Shown: piece after piece, positions 1-12,999 of the stretch
Layout: the number at the start of each line of letters is the position of its first letter
How positions within the stretch are numbered: position 1 is the first letter of the stretch
Assembly (NCBI GenBank): GCA_964247055.1
Contig: OZ176051.1
Coordinates: 7,440,001-7,504,000, forward strand
Direction of reading: 5' to 3'
Source of the DNA: Paragordius varius
Lineage: Eukaryota; Animalia; Nematomorpha
Length of the DNA: 64,000 nucleotides
Position numbers and translations under genes: made by a program
Notes under the pieces: model-generated
Told to the model about the DNA's origin: nothing
Databases searched by the model: none
The model's input: the letters and a program-made list of their open reading frames with translations, nothing else

Positions 1-62
1 AACACAATAATCTATTTTAGGGTGAATTTGAATTGTTCAAGGGTGAATTACTGTAAATGTTA
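1..62. mobile_element. Right arm of a TA-flanked MITE (TACCATTTAC family), cut by the window edge
   Basis: TTTTAGGGTGAATTTGAATTGTTCAAGGGTGAATT...TGTAAATG matches the right arm of the complete copy at 35511-35821. Confidence 0.7.
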
Positions 63-186
63 TATATGGAAGATATTATTATTAGCAAATTTATATCTAT
101 TATTTAAATGATGAAGTATTATAAAATATATTTTGCAATAAATTTTTCCATATATATATATATATATATATATTATCCCAAATTAG

Positions 187-3100
187 ATATTGACACTGTT
201 AAAACTTTTGAATTTGACTACAATCGCTCGACTGATAAATTATGCCGCATGCTACGTTTTGAATCATCTACCCTAGGTCTACCAATACAAATAACGGATG
301 TCAACGTTGATTACAATGAAATTGGACGGAAAACTGCGGTAAATATTCAGACTTATGGTAATTTCTACAATGGATCCCTAAAATTACCGATTGTGGTGAC
401 CTTTATAGAAAAATAAATAGAATTCAATCAACATATACAGTCGTGTATTTTTATAAATGTCAAACATACGTATTTATTTTATTTTACTTTGTTTTTAATT
501 GTTATAATGTTTGATATGTCAACTTTCAACATGCGCATTTTTAAGCCTTAAAATAATAATAGCCTATTTCGCCATAATTTTTTGGGTAACCCTTTGGTAG
601 TTCCATCATCATCCCAAATATTTTTGAGATGGAACAATTAAAAATAAAATCAATTAAAAACGTATGTTTGACATTTTATAAACATACATGAATGTAATTA
701 ATAATATTCTACATATATTTTAAAACAAAGGAAAAATGATTTAATTACCATATTGTTATCGCTTATTAAGTTCCTAAATCTCAAACTTACTAGTTTATGG
801 GAGGGGACCAACATTTAACGATTATAATATATATATATATATATATAAAGATTTTATATATAAAATATAATAGTCCATGGTATTAATTACGAGCTGATTA
901 GTTTGATGAGCGCTATTTATTATTTAAATTATTAAAACGGGTCTATTACTTAAAAATAAAAAAGATAATTGATTTTATAAAGCGACCATTTAACTTTGAT
1001 TAATTTTTTTTGCTTCCTATAGCCATTTGTACCGCTGCCTTCAATCAAAATGCCACTCCAAAAGAATGTTGCAAAATTGAATAGAAAACATAATAGTTCA
1101 TCAACTTTTTTACAACGATTCAATCGAACATGTCCCATTTTTCATCAGCAACTACCTATTGATAATTTTAATGATATATCAAAGGGGAAAAGATTTAACG
1201 CGCAAAAGCCGCGTCATAATAATGATATTTTTACTTGTTCGACAGTTATAACTATTTGGCCCGAATCAACGCATAATTGGCCAGATGCCATTTTAAACCC
1301 CAAAGCAACGGCCTTCATAGATTTAGCTGATCTCAAAACACCAAAATCAAAGATTAGTAATGCTAAAAAGATATCTAATTCAGATAATCCTTTGAAATTA
1401 CTCAACAAAACTAAGAATACTTGTCCAAAGAAGAGAGGTGGGTATAATAAGTCCTATTTTAAAAATTTAATTGGGTATTGGAACCAGAATTGTCAGGAAA
1501 CCAAAAAAACGCATAAATGGTTCCGAAAAACACTTTCTAGTGGTCTTTTTTATATATAAGTTTTATCTGAAATACTATTTATTTTACGTAATAAGCTATC
1601 TATCATTGAAATAACAAAATTCATTTGTTTAAATATTATTATGGAACATTAACTATTTTGCCTAGCTTTTTTATTCAAAAAACAGAAACTAGACAACAAT
1701 AAATATATATTTGGTTTATTGCTACCCTTTTTACACAAAATATTCAACATAAGCCATACCGTTAAATTATGAAATATTAACGATTAGTAATTGGTCATGA
1801 GAATGCAAAAATTTGTTGACAAAAAGTTACCCTTCATTCTTTATATTTTTTATGTTAAAATATCATTATAATTTAGTTTAGGCTTAGTTTTATTACCTAT
1901 ATATAAAAAGCTATAAAAATCTATTTTTAAAAGCCCGTAAAAAATAATTTAATACCAAACAGGATTTAATATTTTTATCGCATCTTAGCCAAATAATAAC
2001 CGACATATCAAAAATATATTCCATCTATATTTTATTTCATATGTACTTATACAGTTAAATTGGATTACAAGACTGCACTTCAACAATTAAGCCTAGCTTT
2101 CTTACTTCAAATCAAACGACATTTAAGTAAACGAGTATCCCGATGTAGTTTAATTAATGAAGGCAATAATAATTATTATAACAAAAAAGACGACGCTTTT
2201 AATGTAAAAAGTCGTGAAGAAAAAAGTTTTCAAAACTTTAACATTTTTTCCATTTACCTGGAGGTTGAATTCGAAGGATATTTTTATCGACTATATTTTG
2301 TGTGTCCACCCCTTGTAACCTTGGTGGATAACATAGCCCAAAAATCAATTCCTTTAAATAGTTATGATGATGGAAAAACTGTATTGGAAAAACCGCATGT
2401 TGTTTCATTAAAGTCTAGATACGATATTTTACAACGGTTAAATAAAGCGTTAGAAAATGTAAGTATGATTTTAATTGAATGATATGTTAATTGATTTTAC
2501 TACAGTATCCGTTTATTATTTTTCTTCAATATTTTTTATTTTATCTAACTTATTGATCATATCACATTTTTCTTAAATTTAAAGTTTTGATTTTATACCA
2601 TTTAAATCTAAACATTTTAAGTTTCGCTAATATATTTACCTCTTTAATTGATTGTTTAATTATTGGCTATATATATTCTTGCCTTTTATGTGCCTATAAA
2701 ATTATTTGACACTGATGTAAAATTTGCAAACACCCTTTTTGGGTTTTATCATATTTGAATAGTTTGCCATATCAAAATTTTCAAATATTATTTAATTTTT
2801 CTAATTTCACACACCCCAGATTGAAAAAAAATGTATTTTATTTTTTTCATTAATAGGTATCCCAATTATTTCCAGGGTACAGTGGTACATGTCGATTAAT
2901 TAAACGTTGGTTGGCCTCTCAAATGCTTTTGGCCCATTCGTCATCATCATCTTATAAACATATTGAAAATTATGCAAATTCTATACTTTATCCAAGCGAA
3001 ACCACAATTCAAAACGATGGTAGTTTTAATTTTCTGTTTTTAGTAAAATTAGAGTCAATAATATTTTATTTTGTTAAATTAGATCTTTATTTTATCAATT

Positions 3101-6100
3101 TAATATAACTTTTATTAGCTATTATCATTGATTTCCATGAGGAATGCGGGTTATTAATTTTAAATAATATTTTATCTCTTAAAAGCTTTTATTTTTTATC
3201 ATCTATGCAAAGTATTAAGTGTTCGTTTTGTCTCCAATGATTTTCTAAATATATATTATTTTTAGTTCGATTTCTGGATACTCTATGGATTGATATTTTA
3301 ATCGCTTATTTGTTTCTTACGCCCGAACCTCTTCACAAAATCAGGTATATTTTTTTATAATTTTTGATATCTTTTGTAAACAAATACGAACTAATATGTT
3401 AACATTTAATTTTAACTGAAAATTTCAATTAAAAGTATATATATATATATATATATATATATAAGTTGATATGTGGTATTGACAAAACCAATATACTTTT
3501 TCCAAATATTTTAACTGTTGAATTTTTAAATATTTTTGCAATAACATTTCTGGACTATATTATAAACTATTAAATTTTTAGTTCGCCATTCGTTGGATTA
3601 TTGCGTTTTTGGAATTTTATAGCTCATTCTATCACATGGAATTGTAATCATGACATTTCTCCTATATTAGTTCCTTTGTTTAATATAAATTCTAATCTTG
3701 ATACGAAAAATGGATTATCTAATGCAAATGTCAATTATACCTTTGATGAAAATATTGAACTAAATGATATAATTAACGATAACAAAACTACAGCAAAAAA
3801 GAAAAAAACAACTTTGACATCTACCCACAATATAATTGGTTTAGGTTATAATGCTTCCCTTAAAACAATGTATAAGCTATTATTACAAGGTTATGAAAAT
3901 GCGTCGATCTCACCGACTTTAAGTGAAAATGATCCCTTTTATCGCTTGTCATACACGGCTGAAAAAAATTCAGAGTTCACTGCACATAAGCTGGCTGAAT
4001 TTTTGTATGTTGATGACTTTTTACCCAATTCAAATGACTTTATTAATGATCAAGAGACCATTGATACTAAGAATATTGAAAATTTCACAAATGATAAGGA
4101 ACAAAGTGGTGTAGGACAAACAGTAACCAATGTAAGTTTATGTTACAGTGTATATTCCCATAAAATAAAATGATTTTATAATAGGAGTTTAGTTTAAATA
4201 TTATGTAACCTCTAATACAGTGGTTCCCAACAGGGGGGCGTAGAAAAATCTATAAACGAAATTTGGAGAATATATTGAAAGATTTCAGGTGCAAATTATT
4301 ATTTGTCCCGATTAGAAAAATATTTTAAAAATTGCAAATACAAGGATCTCATTGATTGGGAATTTTAAAAGATTATAAAATATTTTACATTTTTTTGGAT
4401 TTTTTGAGAGGGCGGCATAAGAATTTGTAATTTTATTTTGGTGGGGCGTGAAAAAAAGATAGGGAACCACTGCTCTAATACAACGATTTCTTAAATATGA
4501 TGAATTTAGCAAATTATTTTGCGCAAAAGGTTTTATATGTTTTATTGATCGCTTATAGATATTGTAATTAATTTACCGCTTTTTATGCATATTTTTATTT
4601 TAATTCAATAGATTACAACATCTGCTATGAATGTATTCATTAATAAAGTCTTGGCTCCATCAAACTTAATTATGTTTCGTTTAAAAAGGATTTGTGAAAA
4701 GGCTTTAACCAATTTTCATGAATTGATTAATGCAAAAAATGATTGCATGTTAAATAGGACCGATTATAAAACAAAAGATCCCAACATTATGGTAATTGAA
4801 ATAATTTAATATTTGTAAATATTTTTAACATTTGCAATTTTAATTGGTGATCGGTATTCGATAAAACATTATTAAATATAAGTATACAACTCAAAATAAT
4901 TAAAAATTTGGATTTTCTATTTTTATATCATTGTTATAAAATTAAAATTACTTTTATATTGTAATAATAATGTTATAATATTTTTGATCGGAAAAAAGTT
5001 ATCTTACGGTTGATTATGAAAAATTATTATTAAATCTATAAAAGGACCACAAATTTTAATCATTTAATAAAAGTGGATATTATACGTGAAAAATTAATAG
5101 AGTCCAATTAACTTGAAGACAAATATTTTATGATACTATGTTTTAATTTTGTTTAGTGACCCATATAATTATAATCAAAATAAAATTGTTTTAATTTATA
5201 TCGTTTCCTTTTTCAAGCCAAAACAATATGTATTTTAACACATCACGTTTAAAAATGTGTTTGTCTCTATAAAAAATTACATATAATTTACGTTTTGACT
5301 TTCTAATATTGATTTTACAAATAATACATGAATATCTCCAGATATATTCATTACATACTTATTTTATAGGAAACCTTATTTTCACCGGATCTCACAGTGT
5401 TTGATGTAATAATTCATTTGAATCCCGATATTTTGACACGATATCATCAAAATATTGGCAACCGAAATCCTTTAACTATAAATAGGAAGTTTATTGTAGG
5501 TCCCACCCCTAACCCATTAGCTATGGGAGATAATGATAAAAGCAGCAAATTTATTGATTGGAAACTTATTCCCGATTACAGGGATAAAGTTTTACCAGAT
5601 TTTGATCCTGCCTTACATTTTATAACGCTTTTAAAGGTATATTTACTGTGAATAATGTGCTATTTAACCTCATCATTTTGTTTTTATCAATTTGTGTTCC
5701 CGTTATTATTGTGGTTTAATACGGTACGTAAAATTGGCTATCATATTAATATTGTTTAATTTGACTATATTAATATAATTTAAATTCATTAACAGTCACA
5801 AAATAGTTAATTTTTTTTTATTGTGAATATGTATTACTTTTTCGAATTATACATAGTTAATGGATCTTTAAACTTTTAGATATATTATATTTAAAAATAA
5901 TATTCATGTTAATTTAAACGTTTCTAGAAAACCATGAATCATTTAGCCATTTTCTTTATGGACGTGTATGGTGGGAAGCAAATAGGCTTAGTTTGGAAAC
6001 CTGTCGTTAAAAAGAATCTTGAAATTAAAAAAGTTCAAACATTCAATGATCAACGCCTTTCTTACTTAGAACCTGTATCAGAAAAAAACGAAATGGCCAT

Positions 6101-6185
6101 ATATTACCGTTATAATTTATCCGCTATTATTGAGGATATAAGCTTGATGGGCCAGGGGTTAATACTAAAAATTGAACAAATGTAA
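187..6185 (+). CDS. NOL6: Nucleolar protein 6 / Utp22 (Nrap family), 3' portion; gene begins upstream of the window. Exons 187-338, 1023-1437, 2055-2458, 2857-3019, 3266-3344, 3582-4131, 4612-4791, 5370-5636, 5928-6185
   Basis: The GT-AG exon chain has consistent phases. It encodes Nrap-type motifs LCRMLRFESSTLGLPIQITDV, ALQQLSLAFLLQI, YSGTCRLIKRWLASQML, SPFVGLLRFWNF, LFSPDLTVFDVIIHLNP, LAIFFMDVYGGKQIGLVWKP and YNLSAIIEDISLMGQGLI, colinear with human NOL6. Confidence 0.9.
436..696. mobile_element. Small MITE-like element in a NOL6 intron
   Basis: Imperfect ~36-bp terminal inverted repeats: TACAGTCGTGTATTTTTATAAATGTCAAACATACGT and ACGTATGTTTGACATTTTATAAACATACATGAATGTA. Confidence 0.55.
4218..4472. 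mobile_element. Non-autonomous hAT (Charlie-like) MITE in a NOL6 intron
   Basis: TIRs CAGTGGTTCCC / GGGAACCACTG, with a perfect 8-bp target-site duplication CTCTAATA on both sides. Confidence 0.9.
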
Positions 6186-6457
6186 ATTTGAAAATATTAT
6201 CAAATAAATTTTATATGGCAATAATAGATAAATTTAATGATTAACAAAAGTTTGATCTTGGTTGTTTTCCTATTCGCGTTAAAATTACTAATAAATTACT
6301 TCAATAAAAAAATAGAAACACTTTTAATTTTGGAGTATATTTGGCAATTTTTACACTTTTTTTGGTCCGTAAAGTATGTGGAATAAACATAATTTACGAG
6401 TAAAATTTATTAAACATTGCATAAATAAAACAACACAATAAATATGAGTAGTACGAT

Positions 6458-9400
6458 TCACATTATTTTTAATAAGAGTGTGTCACCGTTGGAAAGAGTT
6501 TCAAAAATATAATCTTTTGGATACAGGAATGTCCCATCTAACGTTTGTAATTTTAAGGTCATAGTTTGGTTATAATTTTTACCATAAAGCTCACAGTATC
6601 GCTGGTAGGCTTCTGTTTGTAACCATTCTATCGTCTTATCATCATGTCGACTAATAAAATATTATGTTGCAATACAACTAGGGTTAAAAAGTACCGTTAT
6701 TTTTAAATGATTTCTAATATAAAATTACGGTCAACATTGGCGATTAATAGAATTGAAAAATTGTTACTTTTTATTTAAAATATTTTGGGTTTAAGTGTGT
6801 ACAGTTTTAATATAAACTGCCTCTTATTTTAAATATTTTATAAATAATGGACTTATTTTTACTTTAAACACTTTACAGTGTGAAACTTTTCTTTGTAGTT
6901 ATGAAATCTCTTTCATATCAAATATGATTTTTGTTATTTGATAAAAAAAATGCTACATACTTTCGATTCAACGGTATAATTAGTTTATTCGGTTTAACAT
7001 CTTTGTCATTTAAGTCGTTGTTGGAAGCAACATTATTGCACCACACTTGTATATGTAATTTTATAACGTCATTAAGTAGCGAATATGAATTATTGCTGGA
7101 TGTACGGGTTTCTGTAGATAATTGTGAGGATGTTTCACTTTTTATGATTTGTGATGTGGAAAAATCGGTAATTGTTTCTTGTTTAATTTGTGGGATATCT
7201 ATATTATTAGGATTCAAGCTGTTATTGAATGGTGAACATGATTGATGTGGTATCATCAACGATTCATTCCATTCTAATTTGGTTTGTTTTGTGGGAGATA
7301 TAATTGATGTGTTTGTTTCTTTTGGATTGTAAATAAGATCTAAATTATAATATAAATAGAATTTATTATAATAATTTATATCATTCATCACGAATTCATT
7401 TGCGATTATTGAGTTTAAATTATTAACCAGGGATTGAAAATTTTTTTAGAGAGTTGAGCAAAAACATTAACATTTTTTGAAACCATTGAACAACTGCGAA
7501 CATTTTTTGAAAATATATCACTTCAAAAAAATAACCTTTTTTAACATTTTTTTATTGTATGTGAAAAATGAAGGTAAAGGTATACAAAGAAAAATACTAT
7601 ACAATGTTTTTTTATAAACCTTTAATCCCACTAAATCTAAATCTAACCTAAATAAGATATTTAGGGAAACAACAATATAACCGGAACCAAAAATGATTTA
7701 AAACCACAAGGAAACATGATTACAGATGTAATCCCTCTAATTAACCGCTTGTTTCAACCAAAGACTTTAGAAGCGAAATTTTGTTAAATACTACCGTAAT
7801 AACAAACACTTACCATTTAATTGGTTTTTATGGTTGCTTGTTACAGTAGATTTGCTTGATTTTTGTTTAACCAGTGGTTTGCTTTTTTTGCGTTTTGGGG
7901 ATTTAATGTCGATCGTTTGAATAGCTATCAATAAAATTGATTATTAATTTTTATTTTTGTATATTTTATAAAAATATATACCTTCATCACTAATATCGGA
8001 GTACATATTATTATCATTATTGTAATTTTTGTTGTTTGCTGACGAATTAGTAGATATCAGATATTCATAGAGTTTATTAATTTCTTTCAATTCTTTTTTT
8101 GTTAAATCATCATGATTTTGTTCTTTCCATTCTCTAAGGGCGTCTATCGGATATTTTTTCTGTAAAAATTATAAAAATTATGTTAATTAATTTATGAAAC
8201 TTGCATAAGTTAGGTAGGACCTTTATTTTACCAAAACTTTCCTAAAATTTTTTCCAAAATAATTTTTACTATATTTTTTAATGCTCTGGATAACCCTTGC
8301 TCGCACTATAGTGTTTATAAGAATACAGGCTTTCTACCACTTTTTATGACTTGCCTTTAAGATTTAATGTATTACTATAGTATTATTTAAAGCATTTCGT
8401 CAAATGTGAAATATGTAATAATTTAAAACTAATAATTAGTTTCCATTTTCACTCTAATTAGAATTCATTACATCCATGTATAAATAAAAAGCACATAAAG
8501 ACTTCCCTTTTATCACTAAATTTTACCATAAAAAACATTAATAACTAACATATTTATCAAAATATATCATCATCTAATCTATCACAATTTTTTATACACT
8601 ATCATCTGGGATATCGATCCGCGCACCATGGCGTATAAGAATCCAAGCTGTACTTATATGTCCACCATATAATGCATCTTGAAGTGGTGTAATACCATCA
8701 CAACTGAGTGAAATACCATTGTTACCCCGTTCCCCATTATCATTTATGTGGGCGCCTGATTGAATAAGTAAGGCGACAATCTCGTCATGTCCATAATTAC
8801 AGGCTTCATGTAACGGTGTCCAACCACAATTGTCTCTAACGTTTACGGGGTGTCCCTAATTGCATTGATGTAAAATTTACGTTAAAAATTAAAATTGGAG
8901 AAAAAAAGTGTTTTAGGGGAAAAAAGAGCTAAAATATAATTTAATCTAATTTGGTGTAAAAATTAATAAAAATTTACGTGAATATTTAAACTTTAAAAAA
9001 AAAAATTTTATGGTAGAGATAAAATATGATTTATTTTTATTTGGCGCAAGATAAATATATTTAAAATTTCAGTTAAAATAAAATTTTAAAAATTGAAAAA
9101 AATGTTAGGGAAAATTTTAATTATGCGAATCCTTTTTTATGTACACGGGGGTCTAATAATTCTAAAAAATAGTAATATTAGATATTAAAAACAAATGTCA
9201 AAAGTGGGGCTATTTAAACGAACAAGTTGATTAATAACAAAAAAATATAAACATAACCAATGTATTTTGACGAATTGTAAAAATACATTTTTATATTATA
9301 AATGACATATAATTATGATAATTTTCACAACAGAGAAAAAATTATCAATAAAAAAATATTTTTCATATAATTATGATAAGATTTGGTAAATTCCCCCCCC

Positions 9401-12400
9401 CCTCTACCAAAAAAGAAAAAAACGCCATTACCGTTATATGTGCTTAATTAACGTATATGTCATAAATTAACTATATGTTAACCAAATTTATGAGCTTTCG
9501 AACGCGCTTTAGGTCACCCTCAATACAAGCTGTATGCAATGCGGTTTCCCCTTTTTCGTTGCGGGTTAGCGTGCTTTTGACAGATATACCATCAATATCT
9601 TCATGGTTTTTGACAATCTTGCTAATTTTTTGCCCATACTCCGTCCATTCAATGTCATCCATAAGTTTTTCTACGCTTACCAGAATAAAGTGTCGGCAAA
9701 AAATTAAATTATTGGAATAAACTTATGTAGTCAAGACAAACCTTACAAAATAGAAGTATATTTAAACTTCAGATAATTGTCATCTAATATTATTTGGTAT
9801 AATTAGCATTTGCATTCTAATTGATGTTTAAACATTTTATATCTATGATTAACGAACAAAAAAGTAATTTTTTTTCTGTCCGATTTTTAACCGGACATTT
9901 TTATTAAACCCACATTTTCTTTCCACAATGTTTTTTCCTTTTAATATCAATTTTTACAGTATGTTATTAAGATCATTTATATTAATTACACAAAAAGTCA
10001 GGGTAGGTTTGCGCAACGAGATGTAAAAAATAGGCGATTAATTCACAAATTAAAGTTCGCACATAAAAAAATATCCTAAATTAAAATCTAAATGACACTA
10101 AACAATAGTATTTTTTACTGTCTTCGGCGTTTAAAAATTTGTTTGATGCGAATTCGCTTTCAGTCATGCCCGTCAATTTGTAAATATCTGGTTGAGAATT
10201 CGAAGCATCTGAGATTTCGTCTCCAAGAGTTTCGTTATTTTCACTTTTGGAAAAAAATTTAGCTATTTCAATATCACTGCTATAATCATCTTCTTCGTGT
10301 GTATTTTCTGCACAAACATCTTTCTTTAAAAAGTAAAATAATATAATTCAATATCCAGTAACTGCTAAGTTGTAATCAAAAATCGGATATCGTCTGATAA
10401 TTTTTTAAAAAAATTGAACCCATTAATTCGGGTTCAATTTTTTTAAATAAATAAATAGACTAAAAGTTTTAACAATATGAATTTCATAATCCATAAACAT
10501 GCTATAAAAATTATAAGAACAAATGTAAACCTCAAAGCCAGATTAAAATAAAATAAAACAATATTGTAAAGTGTTTTCAATTTATAAATTTGAATCGTGG
10601 TTCGGTTTATTTACGGTTACGAAACAGCTTTGAAACTGTTTTTGGTTTCAACACAGTTTAAATAATTAATTAAAAATTGATAAAAATAAACAATTAGGAT
10701 ATATATATATATATATATATTATTTTAAATAGATACCATGTTTAATAATATTGTATCCGAAAGCTTATCAATCTCCACACTAAGTTTTGATTTGAAACTA
10801 TCAAATATATCTGAATTCGATTCCTCCTGAAGACATATATCTGTATCTTGCACAATAAAATTTATGGTTTTAAGCCAAAAAACGTATATTTGGTCTATCT
10901 TTATGTTTGTTTTATATGCTATTTGTTGATATTTCTTTCCAGTTTTGTGTTTTTTACGAAGAGTATTAGATGACATAGAATATTCATCAATTAGTTTAGT
11001 CATGGGTTTGATTATCATATCGTATTTAGTCAACTCTTTCGATAACGTATATATGGATTTAACTAAATTATACCACTTTTCAATTTTCCAGCCATCAAAC
11101 TTATAAAGAAGATTATCGGCGTTTTCCTCGTTAATACTTTCTTGACTGGTAAGTTTATGTCCGCCATCATAATTTTGCAGGAAAACGTGTGTTAATACGG
11201 ATCTTTGAAGCCATGCATTAGCTAATTTTTTTATAATTCCTAATGATTCACACAAAGCCAACGTTATGTTTTCAAACGTTTTGACATCCTCAAATTTTAT
11301 CCTGCACTTACCAGGGTCCATTATGTTGATAGTTAGGTTATCAATATGAGGGTTAAGTGTATTTAAACGCATAATTTCATCAAATTTAGCCATTTTATTG
11401 TTATTATTGTTATTAATATGTAAAACACCATGGACTTGTAATTCAAGACATGACAATAGTAGAGCTTTTTCAAAGTGACCCATATCAACATAACATTGTG
11501 AAATGGAATAGTAAAGAGATGCAAGTCTTTGATCACAAGCTCCAAACGCCGCGGCTTTAGCGTAATAATGAATGGCTTGATTCGATATTTTGAGATCATT
11601 TAACATGTCACCAATAGCTTCATAAACTTGGGATGAGGTATTAACCAATGTTTCCTTTGATACACAGCCATCATCATCATTATTAGGTAACCGTTGGAGC
11701 CAACGTAAAAGTTTGTATAATTTGCAAACTGGAATCACAAGAGAATATTTGAAAAAAATACTTAAAATGAAAAAAAAATATCCATATATTTAAATTGCAA
11801 GAAATTATAATTTGCAACCATTTACTAATGTTTTAAAGGCAGAGAGTTATGGTAAAAATTGATAAGAGTATGTATCGCGGAATATATTTTTTTGACATAT
11901 TTTTTTAAAAAGGCAAATTTAGTCTGCATTCAAATAAAATATTCGTTTTTAATTTTATATAATCGTAATACATACTTTTATTATGTTGTAAATATTCATT
12001 GGTTTTGACAATATTTTCCTCATTTGTAGTTGAAACAATATGTTTTAAAACAATTTTGAAATCACCAATTTTTAAGAGATACTATAATATTAATGGACTA
12101 GTAAAACCTCAAAGACTTTTTCATGACATTCTTTTCGTAAATCTTTGTTATTCAATTTTTCGGCAATTAACAAATTTTTTTCGGCATATTTAAAAGCGGA
12201 TTCAAATTCTAATATACTACCAGATATTTCCGCAAGAGTGGTATATATTTTAATTAGTTCATCTTTAAAATTTTCAAATCTGCGATTTTATACAAAAAAA
12301 CGTTACTGTGCAATTTTTAAGGCCTTTTTTAGGAACGTTTGAGCTGTCACGGTATTTCTTTTTATTTCGTGAACAATTGCCACATTGATATAACTACGAG

Positions 12401-12999
12401 TCAACATTAATTTGTAATCACTTGCATTTATAGCATTTCTTAATTCATGACACAACTCGATAGCCTTAAAAACATAAGCATCAATGTACTTTTACAAACT
12501 CTTTTTCAGAATTGTATAATAATAAATAAATTTCTTCAAGATCTTTAAGGTTTGTATCATAATTTAAATTAGTTCCCAATTGACAATATTTGTATTCATA
12601 ATGAAGTAAGTTTAAACGACCTAATGTCGTATGTGAACGTTGAATTTCAGAAAGATCATTGCACAAAACAGAAAAATTTTTATATTGCATAACATGATAA
12701 TTTGCTTTATTAAATTTTTGAAGTGAGGCATAGCATTCAGATATACGCCTATGCGCAATAGCCTGTCCTAAATTATCATAAAGTTGTTCGGAAATTTTGA
12801 GCTCATCTTTGTGCTCGCGCAAGGCTTTATCAAAACTACCTTTATTTTATTCAAACATATTACCATTTTCAGAGTATAAGTTTCCCAAGTAATTACATAT
12901 TTCTGCTGCTTTAACAAAATTATTATTAGATATAAAATTTTCTTTTTCCTTTAAATAAACTATCATAAAAATTAAATTGTTACATTTTATTTCTTTCAT
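6458..12999 (-). CDS. TONSL: Tonsoku-like DNA repair protein (TPR-ankyrin-UBL), ~1133 aa. Exons 12999-12984, 12959-12864, 12839-12490, 12464-12307, 12279-12108, 12081-11976, 11728-10737, 10323-10119, 9670-9483, 8855-8598, 8159-7982, 7924-7814, 7339-6961, 6650-6458
   Basis: All 14 exons join in frame (3402 nt). TPR segment: AIAHRRISECYASL...EIQRSHTTLGR. Ankyrin repeats: RNEKGETALHTACIEG, GHPVNVRDNCGWTPLHEACNYGH, CDGITPLQDAL. UBL-like end: TIEWLQTEAYQRYCELYG...DGTFLYPKDYIFETL. Domain order matches human TONSL. Confidence 0.92.

Noticed and set aside
6931-7245. Plus-strand ORFs at 6931-7245, 9475-9720, 11999-12342 and similar
   Set aside because: Antisense shadows of TONSL exons with no independent motifs.
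11976-12999. Stop-codon reassignment or pseudogene as the explanation for in-frame TAA/TAG in TONSL and SBDS
   Set aside because: Each interruption lies in a GT...AG segment whose removal restores both frame and alignment. Long exons elsewhere are stop-free and end in standard stops.
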